Assembly: GCA_030448025.1 (NCBI GenBank)
Contig: JAUJNQ010000001.1
Span: 474,970-538,969 of the forward strand
Direction: 5' to 3'
DNA length: 64,000 bases
From: Acidimicrobiales bacterium
Lineage (GTDB): Bacteria > Actinomycetota > Acidimicrobiia > Acidimicrobiales > GCA-2861595
Shown here: in pieces, positions 36,004 through 46,306 of the stretch
Layout: every line of letters starts with the position of its first letter
Position numbering within the stretch: the first letter of the stretch is position 1
Position numbers and translations under genes: made by a program
The notes under the pieces: model-generated
What the model saw: the letters and a program-made list of their open reading frames with translations, nothing else
Told to the model about the DNA's origin: nothing
Database searches by the model: none

Positions 36004-37020
36004 TCAGCTCTGCTCCATGTCGGCGGAGTACGAGCCCTGGCTGGCCGCCGAGTTGAGCTTGGCCCGATGGGCCAGAGCCTCCTGGGCCGCCTCCCAGTTG
36101 GACTTCTCGCCCTTCCAGGTCTTGAGCACCGGCTCCTGCAGGGCCCGGGCGTAGGAGAAGCTGAGCACCCAGGGGTGGGGGCCGAGCCTGTTCATGGCGT
36201 CGAGGTGGGCGGTGGCCTGCTCTGGAGTCTGCCCACCCGAGAGGAAGCAGATCCCGGGCACGGCTGCGGGCACCGTCTTCATCAGGCAGTCGATGGTGGC
36301 CTCGGCGACCTCGTCCAGCGTCGACTGCGTTTCGACCTCCTTGCCGGTGATCACCATGTTGGGCTTCAGGATGATCCCCTCGAGGTCCACCCGCTGGAGG
36401 GCGAGCTGGGCGAACACCTCTCTGAGGGTCTTCTCGGTCACCTCGTAGCAGCGCTCGAGGCTGTGGTCGCCCACGATCTCGACCTCGGGCTCCACGATGG
36501 GCACCAGCCCCGCTTCCTGGGCCAGTGCCGCGTATCGGGCCAGCGCATGGGCGTTCACCGCGATGCAGTAATCGGAGGGCAGGGGGCCCTCGATGTGGAT
36601 CACGGCGCGCCACTTGGTGAAACGCGCCCCCATCTCGGCGTACTCAGCAAGCCGATCCCGTAGTCCGTCCAGGCCCTCGGTGACCTTCTCGCCCTCGGCG
36701 TTGGCCAGTGGCTGGGCACCTGTGTCGACCTTGATGCCGGGCATGAGCCCGTTGTCCTCCAGGGCCTTGGTCATGGGGGTGCCGTCGGAGGTCTTCGAGC
36801 GAATGGTCTCGTCGTAGAGGATGGCTCCTGAGACGTAGTCGCCCAGGCCGGGAGTGGTGAACAACAGCTCCCGGTAGTCCCGACGGGACTCGTCGGTGGA
36901 CTCGATGTTCACGGCCTCGAGCCGCTTGCTGGCCGTGCCGGTGGACTCGTCGGCGGCCAGGATTCCCTTGCCGTCGGTCACCATGGCCAGGGCGGTGGCT
37001 CGGAGATCGTTTGCGCCCAT
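36004..37020 (-). CDS. fba: Class I fructose-1,6-bisphosphate aldolase
   Basis: ATG at 37020 lies 8 nt after AAAGGAG. GKGILAADESTGT, MPGIKVDTG and ILKPNMV motifs. Confidence 0.9.
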   Translation of the reverse strand: MGANDLRATALAMVTDGKGILAADESTGTASKRLEAVNIESTDESRRDYRELLFTTPGLGDYVSGAILYDETIRSKTSDGTPMTKALEDNGLMPGIKVDTGAQPLANAEGEKVTEGLDGLRDRLAEYAEMGARFTKWRAVIHIEGPLPSDYCIAVNAHALARYAALAQEAGLVPIVEPEVEIVGDHSLERCYEVTEKTLREVFAQLALQRVDLEGIILKPNMVITGKEVETQSTLDEVAEATIDCLMKTVPAAVPGICFLSGGQTPEQATAHLDAMNRLGPHPWVLSFSYARALQEPVLKTWKGEKSNWEAAQEALAHRAKLNSAASQGSYSADMEQS

Positions 37021-37219
37021 TCTTGGTTGCTCCTTTGGCGTCGTCTTCTCGACTGGTTGGTGCACTCGGAACGACTGGTCGATCCGGCCAGTTCAGCTCG
37101 GCTTGACGTTAGTCCATGAGGTCCCCGGAGCGCATGGGGGCGTACCCAGGCCGGAGCGGGCCGGCGTAGGCTCCTCGGGGCCCGCTCGAACGAGCGGCAC
37201 GACGTGAAAGGGGCAGGAC

Positions 37220-37558
37220 GTGAGGCAGCGCTCGGCGATCTTGCTCGCTGGGGCGTGCCTGGCGGCAATGGCGGCGTGCGGAGGTGGCGAGAAGGCCAAG
37301 GCCGGCGGGCCGGAGGTGACTGCCAAGGACCTCTCCTTCAAGCCGGCCAAGATCTCGGTGAAGCTCGGGGACCAGGTCACCTGGACCTTCGAGGACAAGG
37401 GAACGAGCCACAACGTCACCGCTGAGGACGGCTCGTTCCGGAGCGAGAACCTGGCCAAGGGCACCTTCGTCCACCCCTTCGACAAGCCCGGTTCGTTCAG
37501 CTACATCTGCACCATCCACCCCACCCAGATGAAAGGCACCGTCGACGTGCGAGCCTAG
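37220..37558 (+). CDS. Cupredoxin (plastocyanin/amicyanin-like) lipoprotein
   Basis: Lipobox LAAMAAC. Type-1 Cu ligand pattern ..SHNV.. and YICTIHPTQM. Confidence 0.8.
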   Translation: MRQRSAILLAGACLAAMAACGGGEKAKAGGPEVTAKDLSFKPAKISVKLGDQVTWTFEDKGTSHNVTAEDGSFRSENLAKGTFVHPFDKPGSFSYICTIHPTQMKGTVDVRA

Positions 37559-37710
37559 TCTCGCCTCCCAAGCCGACGCCGGCCGCTGGAAGCTCCGGAG
37601 GCGGCCCCCGCAGGCAGAGATGACGGAGAGCGAGGAGGGGGATCCGGCGAAGCCGGGATCCCGGAGAACGATCAAGCTCGCCGAGCAAGCTCTGCTTGGG
37701 AGGTGAAAGC

Positions 37711-38109
37711 TCAGGCGGATCTCACTGTGATGGGACCACCGCCTTCTCCTCTGGTCAGGCGGATGGCCAGCTGACCGTTGCCCAAGGTGGCCGTGCCTCC
37801 TCCGCCGAAGCCCTCGGGGAGCTCGACCTCCCGTTCGTAGGGCCCGTAGTGCCACTCGTGGACGAGGTAGTCCTTGGCCGCCGCCGACCGCATGGCGGCG
37901 GTGATCGTGAGGTGGGTTCCGTCGAGCGACACGTCCACGTCCTCGGGCCGCACGCCCGGCAGGGGGGCTACGACCACCAGAGCCTCCCCGGCCTCGTACA
38001 CATTCACGGGGACCTGCATCGTCTCGCCCCCCGGTTCGCCCGTCTCACCCTCCTGGCGGGCCTGCAGCTGGTCGATTCGCTCGGACCTGTCCTTGCTCGC
38101 GGAGCTCAT
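37711..38109 (-). CDS. Hsp20/alpha-crystallin small heat-shock protein
   Basis: VNVYEAGEALVVVAPLPGVRPEDVDVSLDGTHLTI...REVELPEGF...NGQLAIRL. Confidence 0.85.
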   Translation of the reverse strand: MSSASKDRSERIDQLQARQEGETGEPGGETMQVPVNVYEAGEALVVVAPLPGVRPEDVDVSLDGTHLTITAAMRSAAAKDYLVHEWHYGPYEREVELPEGFGGGGTATLGNGQLAIRLTRGEGGGPITVRSA

Positions 38110-40288
38110 GGATCGAGGTTACCGAGGCTCACCGCCCGAGAGCCGAGCCTGCTCTCCGATACGTTTGACGACGGTGCGCCCCCTCGTTCGCTTCGTGGTC
38201 ACCTTGGCGCTGGCCGGAGCAACGCTGGCGCTGGGAGTGGCCCTGCTCGTCCCCGAGGTGCGCGCCCTCGGACGCGCCGCTCGGCCCGGGAAGGCGGCGG
38301 ACGTCAACAAGTTGGCGGAGGTGTCGCAGAACTCTGCGGTGTACGCCAGCGACGGCAGTCTCATCGCCGTCCTCCATGCCGAGGAGAACCGTTCGCCGGT
38401 GACCTTGGAGCGCGTCCCGAAGACGGTGATCGACGCCGTGCTCGACGTGGAGGACGACCAGTTCTGGGCTCACCAGGGCGTGAACGTCCGGTCTGCCCTC
38501 CGCGCCCTCGTGACCAACGTGCAGTCGGGCGAGGTGCGCCAGGGGGGCTCCACGATCACCCAGCAGCTGGTCAAGAACTCTCTCCTCACTCCGGAGCAGC
38601 GGGTGGGCCGCAAGGTGCGAGAGGCAGTGTTGGCCATCCGTTTGGAGAAGGAGATCTCCAAGGAGGAGATCCTGGAGCGCTACCTCAACGTGGTGTACTT
38701 CGGCAACGGCGCCTACGGCGTGCAGGCCGCGGCCGAGACGTACTTCAACACCGACGTCGAGAAGCTGACCGAGGGCCAGGCAGCGCTGCTGGCCGGAATC
38801 ATCCGCAACCCGGTGGGCTACGACCCGGTGAAGAACCCGGCCCAGGCGAGCGCCCGCCGTGATCTCGTCGTAGACCGGATGGTCGCCAACGGCCACCTCA
38901 CACCGGAGGCGGCCGGAAGGCTCAAGTCCGCCCCCGTCCCCGTCAAGGTGTTCACGCCGCTGCCGCCGCCGAACGACTACTTCGTCGAGGAGGTCAAGCA
39001 ACGGCTCCTGTCCGACGAGCGACTGGGCGAGACGGCTCAGGAGCGGTACAACGCCGTATTCAAGGGGGGACTGCAGATCCACACCACCCTCGACCCGGAA
39101 CGTCAGCGAGAGGCCGAGCAGCGCCGCAACGAGATCCTTCCTCCCACGGTGACCAAGGGCCGCTTCACCAGCTCCCTCGTGTCGGTCGAGCCCTCGACGG
39201 GTTACGTGCGGGCCATGGTGGCGGGTGACGACTTCGTCAGCGCCAAGTACAACCTGGCCACCCAGGGAACGCGCCAACCCGGATCCTCGTTCAAGCCCTT
39301 CGTGCTGCTGGCCGCGCTCGAGGCCGGTCACAGCCCGGACGACATCGTCGACGGAAGCTCGCCGTGCACCATCAAGGTCCCCGGCTTCGAGCCGTACACA
39401 CCGGGCAACTACGAGGGGTCCGCCGGGGGGAGGATGTCCATCACCGACGCCACCGCCCGGTCCGTGAACTGCGCCTATGCCCGACTGGGCGTCGACGTCG
39501 GGCTCGACAAGGTCGTGGACATGGCCGTGAGCCTGGGGTTGCCGAGGAGGCGGCTCGAACCCTACCCGTCCATCTCTCTCGGCGCCGAGGAAGCCACGCC
39601 TCTGGAGATGGCGTCCGCCTACGCCACCATGGCCAACGACGGGTACTACCGGGAACCCCGCTTCGTTGCCAAGGTCCTGGACCGCAAGGGCAAGGTCGTC
39701 TTCGAGGGGCCCGACAAGGGCCGGAGGGCCGTGTCCGTTCAGACGGCTCGGGTGGCGATCTCCGTGCTGCAGACCGTGGTGGAGCGAGGGACCGGTACCC
39801 GGGCGCGCGTTCCGGGGCGGGAGGTGGCAGGCAAGACGGGGACGTCGCAGGAGTACGAGAACGCCTGGTTCGTAGGCTTCACGCCCCAGCTGTCCACGGC
39901 GGTCTGGATGGGCTCGCCCGAAGGCAACGTGCCCATGACCAACGTCGGCGGCACCCGGGTAACCGGTGGTTCCTACCCGGCCCGGATCTGGAGCGCGTTC
40001 ATGGGCGATGCCCTGGCCGGTCAGCCGGCCGTCCCCTTCCCGCCGCCTGACCCCGTGCGCCGGGGCAAGACGGTGGGCGATCGTTCCTCGAAGTACCAGG
40101 AAGGCGACGGCCGACCCTTCGACGGTCGCAGGACCTACGAACGCGACGCCGGGGGGGCACGCGACGATCGGCGGGCCCGACGCCCGACCGAGCGCCGAAC
40201 CACCAGGCCGTTCGTGCCGAGCTCGGTCCCCGGTCCCACGCCGGCCACGACCTCGGCACCGAACACGGACCCGGTTCCGGTCCCGTGA
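38108..40288 (+). CDS. Class A penicillin-binding protein (PBP1A-type transglycosylase/transpeptidase)
   Basis: GT51 motifs DVEDDQFWAHQGVN and RQGGSTITQQLVKN. Transpeptidase motifs SSFKPF, SVN and KTGTS. The start is ambiguous (ATG 38108, TTG 38165, GTG 38174). Confidence 0.9.
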   Translation: MDRGYRGSPPESRACSPIRLTTVRPLVRFVVTLALAGATLALGVALLVPEVRALGRAARPGKAADVNKLAEVSQNSAVYASDGSLIAVLHAEENRSPVTLERVPKTVIDAVLDVEDDQFWAHQGVNVRSALRALVTNVQSGEVRQGGSTITQQLVKNSLLTPEQRVGRKVREAVLAIRLEKEISKEEILERYLNVVYFGNGAYGVQAAAETYFNTDVEKLTEGQAALLAGIIRNPVGYDPVKNPAQASARRDLVVDRMVANGHLTPEAAGRLKSAPVPVKVFTPLPPPNDYFVEEVKQRLLSDERLGETAQERYNAVFKGGLQIHTTLDPERQREAEQRRNEILPPTVTKGRFTSSLVSVEPSTGYVRAMVAGDDFVSAKYNLATQGTRQPGSSFKPFVLLAALEAGHSPDDIVDGSSPCTIKVPGFEPYTPGNYEGSAGGRMSITDATARSVNCAYARLGVDVGLDKVVDMAVSLGLPRRRLEPYPSISLGAEEATPLEMASAYATMANDGYYREPRFVAKVLDRKGKVVFEGPDKGRRAVSVQTARVAISVLQTVVERGTGTRARVPGREVAGKTGTSQEYENAWFVGFTPQLSTAVWMGSPEGNVPMTNVGGTRVTGGSYPARIWSAFMGDALAGQPAVPFPPPDPVRRGKTVGDRSSKYQEGDGRPFDGRRTYERDAGGARDDRRARRPTERRTTRPFVPSSVPGPTPATTSAPNTDPVPVP

Positions 40289-40998
40289 CCAACTTCGAGG
40301 CCTTGCTCCAGGTGCAGGAAAGGGACACCGCCATAGATCAACTTCGCCATCGCCGGGCCACCCAGCCCGAGCGGTCGGCGTTGTCGGTCCTGGAGCAGCG
40401 AGCGGCGGAGCTCGAGGCTCGGATCACCCAGACCAGCGCCCGCCGGGACGCGGTCGCTGCCCGTCAGACACAGCTGGAAGGCGAGGTGAGAACCCTCGAC
40501 GCCCGGATCCAGGAGCTGGAACGGCGGCTTTACTCGGGCACGGTGTCGGCATCACGGGAGCTGCAGGCCATTTCGGCGGAGGTCACGTCGCTCAAGAGGC
40601 GCAGGTCCTCGGTGGAGGACGAGGTGCTGGCGGCCATGGAGGAGGGCGAGCCCCTGAGCCGCCAGGTCGAAGCGCTGGAGGCCGAGCGCGACGAGCTGGA
40701 CTCCGAGTCGCAGGCCATGCGAGCGGTGCTCGCCGAGGCCGAGGTGGCCATCGACGCCGAGATCGCCACCGAGTCGACGGCCAGGACCGGCGCCGCCGGA
40801 GCGGTGCCCCCAGAGCTGATGCGCACCTACGAGGGGCTCCGGGCCAGGCTCGACGGGATCGGCGCAGCCAGGCTGGTGGGATCGTCGTGCTCGGGGTGCC
40901 ACCTGGTGCTGCCGTCGGCCGAGGTGGCTCGGGTCAAGAAGGAACCGCCCGACGCCCTGGTGTTCTGCGACCAGTGCGGGCGGATCCTCGTTCGCTGA
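40285..40998 (+). CDS. Coiled-coil protein with a C-terminal C4 zinc ribbon (COG1579/DUF164-like)
   Basis: Long heptad region, then CSGCHLVLPSAE...VFCDQCGRILV. The start overlaps the PBP stop. Confidence 0.7.
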   Translation: MTNFEALLQVQERDTAIDQLRHRRATQPERSALSVLEQRAAELEARITQTSARRDAVAARQTQLEGEVRTLDARIQELERRLYSGTVSASRELQAISAEVTSLKRRRSSVEDEVLAAMEEGEPLSRQVEALEAERDELDSESQAMRAVLAEAEVAIDAEIATESTARTGAAGAVPPELMRTYEGLRARLDGIGAARLVGSSCSGCHLVLPSAEVARVKKEPPDALVFCDQCGRILVR

Positions 40999-41013
40999 GT
41001 CCCGGCGCCTTCG

Positions 41014-41502
41014 ATGCTCTTCTGGTTCGCCGGCCTGGCCGTGGTGGTCGTCTGGAAGGTCTTCGCCGACACCGCCATCGACTACCGGCTCATCATGGTC
41101 GGCGCCCTGGCTCCCGACGTGGTGGACGCCTTGGCGGGTGGCCTCGGTTTCTTTCACACCGTGACCTCAAGCGCCGTCCTGCTGGCCGTCGTGATGGTGG
41201 CCACACGCGGTCGCCGGAGACTGCGCCGCCGCCTCTTGGCCCTTCCGGTGGGAACCTTCCTCCATCTCGTCCTCGACGGCGCCTGGACCAACGCTCGGTT
41301 GTTCTGGTGGCCGGTGCTCGGGACGCATCTTGGCGGTGACGTACCGCTCAGCTTCGATCGTCCTCTGGTGATCCTCCTGGCCCAGGAGGCTGCCGGGCTC
41401 ATGGCCCTGGTCTGGTGGTGGCGGCGCTTCCGGCTGCGCGAGCCCGAGCGCCGGCGGGCGTTCCTCCACACCGGCCGCCTCGGCCGGGACCTGGTGGCGT
41501 AG
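41014..41502 (+). CDS. Small multi-TM protein (possibly a YdjM-type membrane hydrolase)
   Basis: Four hydrophobic segments and conserved-looking His/Asp residues (FFHTVTS, HLVLDG). The family call is weak. Confidence 0.4.
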   Translation: MLFWFAGLAVVVVWKVFADTAIDYRLIMVGALAPDVVDALAGGLGFFHTVTSSAVLLAVVMVATRGRRRLRRRLLALPVGTFLHLVLDGAWTNARLFWWPVLGTHLGGDVPLSFDRPLVILLAQEAAGLMALVWWWRRFRLREPERRRAFLHTGRLGRDLVA

Positions 41503-41512
41503 TCTGGGCTCC

Positions 41513-41722
41513 GTGAGCGAGGCAACGCTGAACGTCCCCGGGATCCATTGCGGGCACTGCCAGGCGTCGATCGAAGGTGCCCTTGGTGAGCTCGAGGGCG
41601 TGCGTTCGGTCCGGGTCTCGGTGCCCGAACGCAGCGTCGACGTCGACTACGACGAGGCGGTCGTGGCCATCGACGCCATCAAGGACACCATTGTCGAGCA
41701 GGGTTACGACCTGCCCGCCTAG
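41513..41722 (+). CDS. copZ: Heavy-metal-associated (HMA) copper chaperone
   Basis: MSEATLNVPGIHCGHCQASIEG carries a GxxCxxC metal-binding motif. 69 aa. Confidence 0.85.
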   Translation: MSEATLNVPGIHCGHCQASIEGALGELEGVRSVRVSVPERSVDVDYDEAVVAIDAIKDTIVEQGYDLPA

Positions 41723-41727
41723 GGCCG

Positions 41728-42036
41728 GTGACAATGTCTTTGCACAAGCCGAGCGAGGTCCTCCGCTTCATAGGCCGCAACGCCAAACGGGTGGCGGTCA
41801 CGATCGCGGGCGGGATCGTGGTGCTCGCCGGTGTGGCCATGCTGGTCTTCCCCGGTCCTGCCGTGGTGGTCATCCCACTGGGCTTCGCCATCCTTGCCAC
41901 CGAGTACGCCTGGGCGGCGGTGGCCCTGAAGAAGAGCAAGAAGATGGCCGTCACCGCAGGAGACAAGACGAAGTTGGGAGCGACCTTTCTCAAGCGGAAG
42001 GTGACGGGCGAGAAGGGCCCGAAGCGGGTTCAGTAG
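41728..42036 (+). CDS. PGPGW-family small transmembrane protein
   Basis: GGIVVLAGVAMLVFPGPAVVVIPLGFAILATEYAWA. Confidence 0.65.
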   Translation: MTMSLHKPSEVLRFIGRNAKRVAVTIAGGIVVLAGVAMLVFPGPAVVVIPLGFAILATEYAWAAVALKKSKKMAVTAGDKTKLGATFLKRKVTGEKGPKRVQ

Positions 42037-42973
42037 AACCACCTGCGTGGACGGCGCTGCCGGCGCCTTTGGCCAGACCGGGCTCCACGTAGAGATGTAC
42101 GGCCGAGGGAATCCGCTCACGGATCCGCTGCTCGGCGTCGTCGATGGCTCCGGCCACGTCAGCGAAGCTCAGCTCGGCGTCAAGCTCGACCTTGGCCGCC
42201 ACCAGCAACTCCTCCGGCCCGAGATGCTGGCTCTTGAGATCGAGGACCCGGCGGACGTGGGGGCTCGTGCCCAGCGCCTCCCTGATGGCGTCCATGTCCG
42301 GCCTCGACGCCGACTCTCCGATGAGCAGGCCCTTCATCTCCACCGCCAGCAGGATGCCGATGACGGCCAGGAGCACGCCGATGACGATGCTGCCGAGGGC
42401 GTCGAAGCGGCTGTCCCCGGTGAGCTCGGCCAGGCTCAGACCGCCGAGGGCGAAGATCAGGCCGAAGAGGGCGCCGATGTCCTCGAGGAGCACGACGGGC
42501 AGCTCGGGGGTCTTGGCCGTGCGGACGAAGGACCACCACGACTGGCTCCCCTTGGCCTCGGCCGACTCCCGGATGGCCGTCCGGAGCGAGAAGGACTCGA
42601 GGACGATGGCGAAGACCAGCACGCCGACCGCCCACCAGATGGAGCCCAGCTCCTCGGGGTGCTTCAGCTTCTCGTAGCCCTCGAACATGGAGAACGCGCC
42701 GCCCAGGGTGAAGAGGACGATGGCGACGACGAAGGCCCAGAAGTAGCGCTCGCGGGCGTAACCGAAGGGGTGCTCGGGCGAGGGCCTGCGGCGCGCCCGG
42801 CTCTGGCCCAGCAGCAGCAGGCCCTGGTTGGAGGAGTCGGCCACGGAGTGGATCGACTCGGCGAGCATGGACGCCGCACCGGTGACGAGGAAGGCCACGA
42901 ACTTGGCCACGGCGATCCCCGCGTTGGCCAGGAGGGCGGCGACGATCGCCTTCTTGCCCGAGTGCCCAGCCAT
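41990..42973 (-). CDS. Cation diffusion facilitator (CDF) metal efflux transporter
   Basis: LLANAGIAVAKFVAFLVTGAASMLAESIHSVADSSNQ and HPFGYARERYFWAF. C-terminal cytoplasmic domain. Confidence 0.85.
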   Translation of the reverse strand: MAGHSGKKAIVAALLANAGIAVAKFVAFLVTGAASMLAESIHSVADSSNQGLLLLGQSRARRRPSPEHPFGYARERYFWAFVVAIVLFTLGGAFSMFEGYEKLKHPEELGSIWWAVGVLVFAIVLESFSLRTAIRESAEAKGSQSWWSFVRTAKTPELPVVLLEDIGALFGLIFALGGLSLAELTGDSRFDALGSIVIGVLLAVIGILLAVEMKGLLIGESASRPDMDAIREALGTSPHVRRVLDLKSQHLGPEELLVAAKVELDAELSFADVAGAIDDAEQRIRERIPSAVHLYVEPGLAKGAGSAVHAGGSTEPASGPSRPSPSA

Positions 42974-42984
42974 GCCCGCTCACC

Positions 42985-43917
42985 CTACCGGGGGCTGATC
43001 AGCTCCAGCTCATGGGCCAGCTCCACGGTCCATCCCCACAGCTCGGCGATCGCCGAGGAGCCCCCCGAGGGGGAGGTCCTGGCCGGGCAGCCGAGGGTGT
43101 CGTAGGTCACGGAGATCGGCTTCGGGCCGACGAGATCGTGGTCTTCGAGGTCTATGCGCCACGGTCGGTCCTCCGACGTCTGCACCACGAAGGGCTCGGC
43201 CTTCATCCACGTGGTCGGGCCCGATCCGGGCGCCTGGAGGTTCTTGTAGGCGAAGATCACGTGGTCGATGTTGTGCGCCGCCAACCGGTAGGCGGGCCGG
43301 ATGCTCCTGGCCATGACCGCGGTCCGCTCTTGGGGGGTGGCCTCCGGAAAGGCGTCCAGCAGCCGGGACATCACCTCGGCCAGTTGGACGCACACACCGG
43401 TGCCGAAGTGGAGGCCGCCGTAGACGAAGCTCAGCCCGTCGCGCATCCTCGACTTGGTGAGCGGACCAGCGCCGATGCGGAACAGCGCCAGCAGGTCCTC
43501 CAGGCGCTGGATCATCCAGGCCTTGTCGGAGTGGCGGTAACGGTGGAACTCCCGGTCGAGGTGGAAGACGGTCGTATCCACCAGCGCCTTCCCCAGCTCG
43601 AGGAAGCCGGGGATCGAGCCCTCTTGCACTGCTTCGGGATCCGAGACCAGCATCCGGGTCTCGGAGTGCATGGACCGCACCAACCCGTAGGGCGGGTAGG
43701 ACGGGCGCTCGCCGAGGGTACGGCCCACGGCGGCATCGGCCAGGATCGAGGAGATGGCGTGCAACTCGAGCCGCAGGTCCTGGAGCACCTCGTGGCGCCG
43801 GTGCTCGTCCTCGTTGGCCAGCTCGTCCGGGTCCGGAAGCGGCTCGAGGTCGTCCGATGACGACGTCGTGAGCTGGCGGGCGCGGACCGCCAGCCTGCGT
43901 TCCGCGCCCGCCGTCAA
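42985..43917 (-). CDS. Hypothetical 310-aa helical protein (function unknown)
   Basis: Coding-looking, co-directional with catalase and the CDF gene. His/Glu/Asp-rich helices (HRRHEVLQDL, REFHRYRH, AHNIDHVIF). No motif I can name with confidence. Confidence 0.5.
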   Translation of the reverse strand: MTAGAERRLAVRARQLTTSSSDDLEPLPDPDELANEDEHRRHEVLQDLRLELHAISSILADAAVGRTLGERPSYPPYGLVRSMHSETRMLVSDPEAVQEGSIPGFLELGKALVDTTVFHLDREFHRYRHSDKAWMIQRLEDLLALFRIGAGPLTKSRMRDGLSFVYGGLHFGTGVCVQLAEVMSRLLDAFPEATPQERTAVMARSIRPAYRLAAHNIDHVIFAYKNLQAPGSGPTTWMKAEPFVVQTSEDRPWRIDLEDHDLVGPKPISVTYDTLGCPARTSPSGGSSAIAELWGWTVELAHELELISPR

Positions 43918-43994
43918 CGTCGCCCCCTACTGGGGGCGGAATCTGACGCTCCAACGTCCGATTCCGCCACCAGAAGCCTTGGGGTCCAGCCCGT

Positions 43995-45767
43995 TCAGTT
44001 GGAGGGTGCGGTCTCCCGGAGGTCGGCGGCGGCAGCTGCTCCGTCGCCGCCGGCCGATCCGGCTCCGTTGCCGGACGGGCCCATCCCGGCGGCGTCTGGC
44101 ACCTCGTGGAGCCTCATGACGTGGACCGAGCCGGTGATCTTGGCGCCGCTCTGCTCCCGGGGCGGGTTGTTGCCCAGGTTGGCCAGCCGCTGCTGGTCCT
44201 CGTCGGTGAGGTCCTGCTTCGGGAGGGGAGCAAGGTGAGCCACGTCGGACGCCTTGATGCCGAGGCCCTCGCCCACCCGGTTCCCGTAGTCGTCGTCCAC
44301 AAGGAAGAAGTGCCAGATCATGCGCTCCTGGACGTGGCGCTCACACTGGCTGAGCAGTGTGACCATGTTGCCCACCAGGTCGTCGCGCTCCCAGTCCATC
44401 ATGGTGTGGTAGCGGTCGGCGGCCTGCTGGTAGTCGTTGGTGCGGGGCAGCCGCTTGCGGGTGAGGCGCCCCTCGATCACCGGTCCCTGCTCGTCATGGG
44501 TGGGGTACTCGGCCTCTTTGAGGCCTCCGAGCGAGTTCGGCTCGTAGTTGACGTGTGGGTTCTCGCCCGCCCCGTCCACGAAGTAGGTCATGAGTCCGTC
44601 CCGCTGGTTGGTGCGCACCTGGGCGTTCTTGGCCTGGTTGACCGGGAGCTGGAGGTAGTTGGGGCCGACGCGGTAGCGCTGGGTGTCGGAGTAGGAGAAG
44701 GTGCGCCCGACCAGCATCTTGTCATCCGAGAAGTCCAGACCGTCGACCAGGACGCCGGTACCCATGGAGATCTGCTCGTTCTCGGCGAAGAAGTTCTCCG
44801 GGTTGCGGTCGAGCACCATGCGGCCCACGGGCAGCAGGGGGAAGTGGTCCTCGGGCCAGGTCTTGGTGTCGTCCAGCGGGTCGAAGTCGAGCTCGGGGTG
44901 ATCGTCGTCGCTCATGACCTGCACCAGCAGCTCCCACTCGGGGTAGTCACCGCGGTCGATGGCATCCATCAGGTCCTTGGTGGCGTGGCCGAGATCCTGG
45001 GCCTGGACCTGGGCCGCCTCGTCAGCGGTCATGCCGGCGACGCCCTGCTTGGGGTGCCAGTGGTACTTCACCAGCACGGCGTCGCCCTGGGCGTTCACCA
45101 TCTTGTAGGTGTTGACACCGAAGCCCTCCATGTGGCGGTAGTCGGTGGGGATGCCACGGGGGCTGAACAGGTGGGTGAGCATGTGCATCGACTCAGGGGT
45201 GTTGCTCATGAAGTCGAAGATGCGGTTCGGCTCCTGGCGGAAGGTGACCGGGTCCGGCTTCAGGGAGTGGATCACGTCGGGGAACTTGATGGCGTCGCGG
45301 ATGAAGAAGACGGACAGGTTGTTGCCCACCAGGTCCCAGTTGCCGTCCTCGGTGTAGAACTTGATGGCGAAGCCGCGCGGGTCCCGGGCCGACTCCGAGG
45401 AGTCGCGGCCGCCGATCACGGTGGAGAAGCGCAGGGCCACGTCGGTTCGCTTGCCCTTCTCCTGGAACAGCTTGGCCCGCGTGTACTTGGACGCCGGCTC
45501 GTCGCCGATGGTGCCGTAGGCCTCGAAGTAGCCGAAGTGGGTGGTCCCCCTGGCATGCACCACTCGCTCGGGGATGCGCTCGCGGTCGAAGTGGCTGATC
45601 TTCTCCAGGAACTGGTAGTTCTCGAGCGTGGCCGGGCCGCGGGGACCCACGGTCCTTTGATTCTGGTTGTCGTAGACGGCGTGGCCCTGGCGGTTGCTGA
45701 GCACCTTGGGGTCCTGGCTGGTGTCGCCGCTGCTCCGGGGGATGGATCCGGGGTTCTGGTTGCTCAT
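43995..45767 (-). CDS. Monofunctional haem catalase (590 aa)
   Basis: ATG at 45767 overlaps the Fur stop (ATGA). [26 protein letters not shown] and the distal His/Asn context. Confidence 0.9.
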   Translation of the reverse strand: MSNQNPGSIPRSSGDTSQDPKVLSNRQGHAVYDNQNQRTVGPRGPATLENYQFLEKISHFDRERIPERVVHARGTTHFGYFEAYGTIGDEPASKYTRAKLFQEKGKRTDVALRFSTVIGGRDSSESARDPRGFAIKFYTEDGNWDLVGNNLSVFFIRDAIKFPDVIHSLKPDPVTFRQEPNRIFDFMSNTPESMHMLTHLFSPRGIPTDYRHMEGFGVNTYKMVNAQGDAVLVKYHWHPKQGVAGMTADEAAQVQAQDLGHATKDLMDAIDRGDYPEWELLVQVMSDDDHPELDFDPLDDTKTWPEDHFPLLPVGRMVLDRNPENFFAENEQISMGTGVLVDGLDFSDDKMLVGRTFSYSDTQRYRVGPNYLQLPVNQAKNAQVRTNQRDGLMTYFVDGAGENPHVNYEPNSLGGLKEAEYPTHDEQGPVIEGRLTRKRLPRTNDYQQAADRYHTMMDWERDDLVGNMVTLLSQCERHVQERMIWHFFLVDDDYGNRVGEGLGIKASDVAHLAPLPKQDLTDEDQQRLANLGNNPPREQSGAKITGSVHVMRLHEVPDAAGMGPSGNGAGSAGGDGAAAAADLRETAPSN

Positions 45768-46258
45768 GACTCTCCTTGGTTGTCGCTTGGTTCCTGGCAT
45801 TGCGGGCAGGCGCCCCAGAAGGTGACCTCCGCCTCGTCCACCGTGAAGCCGTGGGTGTCGGACGCCTCCAGGCACGGCGCGAAGCCGACGGCGCAGTCCA
45901 CGTCACAGGTGGCGCCGCAGCTCCGGCACACGATGTGGTGGTGGTTGTCGCCCACCCTCGTCTCGTAGCGGGCCGCTCCGCCCGCAGGCTCGATGCGCCG
46001 GAGGAGGCCGGCACCGGCGAGGACGTGGAGGTTGTCGTAGACCGCCTGTGTGGATATGGCGCCCAGCCGGGGGCGGACGACCTCGGTGATGCCGTCGGCG
46101 TCGAGATGAGGTTGCTCGGAGATCACGGCGAGCACGGCTAGCCGGGGGGAGGTCACCCGCAGGCTGTGGGCCCGCAGCCTCTGGGCGAGCTCTGTTTCCA
46201 CCCGAAGGGTCTCCGCCAGCACGGTCTGGGACCCTAGCTGGATACTGGAACGAGTCAA
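45764..46258 (-). CDS. Fur-family regulator (FurA/CatR-like)
   Basis: [23 protein letters not shown] and the C-terminal CPQC. Translationally coupled to catalase. Confidence 0.85.
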   Translation of the reverse strand: MTRSSIQLGSQTVLAETLRVETELAQRLRAHSLRVTSPRLAVLAVISEQPHLDADGITEVVRPRLGAISTQAVYDNLHVLAGAGLLRRIEPAGGAARYETRVGDNHHHIVCRSCGATCDVDCAVGFAPCLEASDTHGFTVDEAEVTFWGACPQCQEPSDNQGES

Positions 46259-46306
46259 AGGAGCAAGCCTCTCCAGAGATGGCCTGCGCCTCGGCGACAG
46301 CGGGCG

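Noticed and set aside
38107-38110. Overlapping divergent start codons of the Hsp20 and PBP1A genes
   Set aside because: This is probably an artefact of choosing the longest PBP ORF. In-frame TTG 38165 and GTG 38174 lie just before the TM segment and are equally plausible starts.
44106-45968. 620-aa plus-strand ORF opposite the catalase and fur genes
   Set aside because: The minus strand encodes unmistakable catalase and Fur motifs. The plus-strand product is repetitive (V/G/H/L-rich) with no domain signal.
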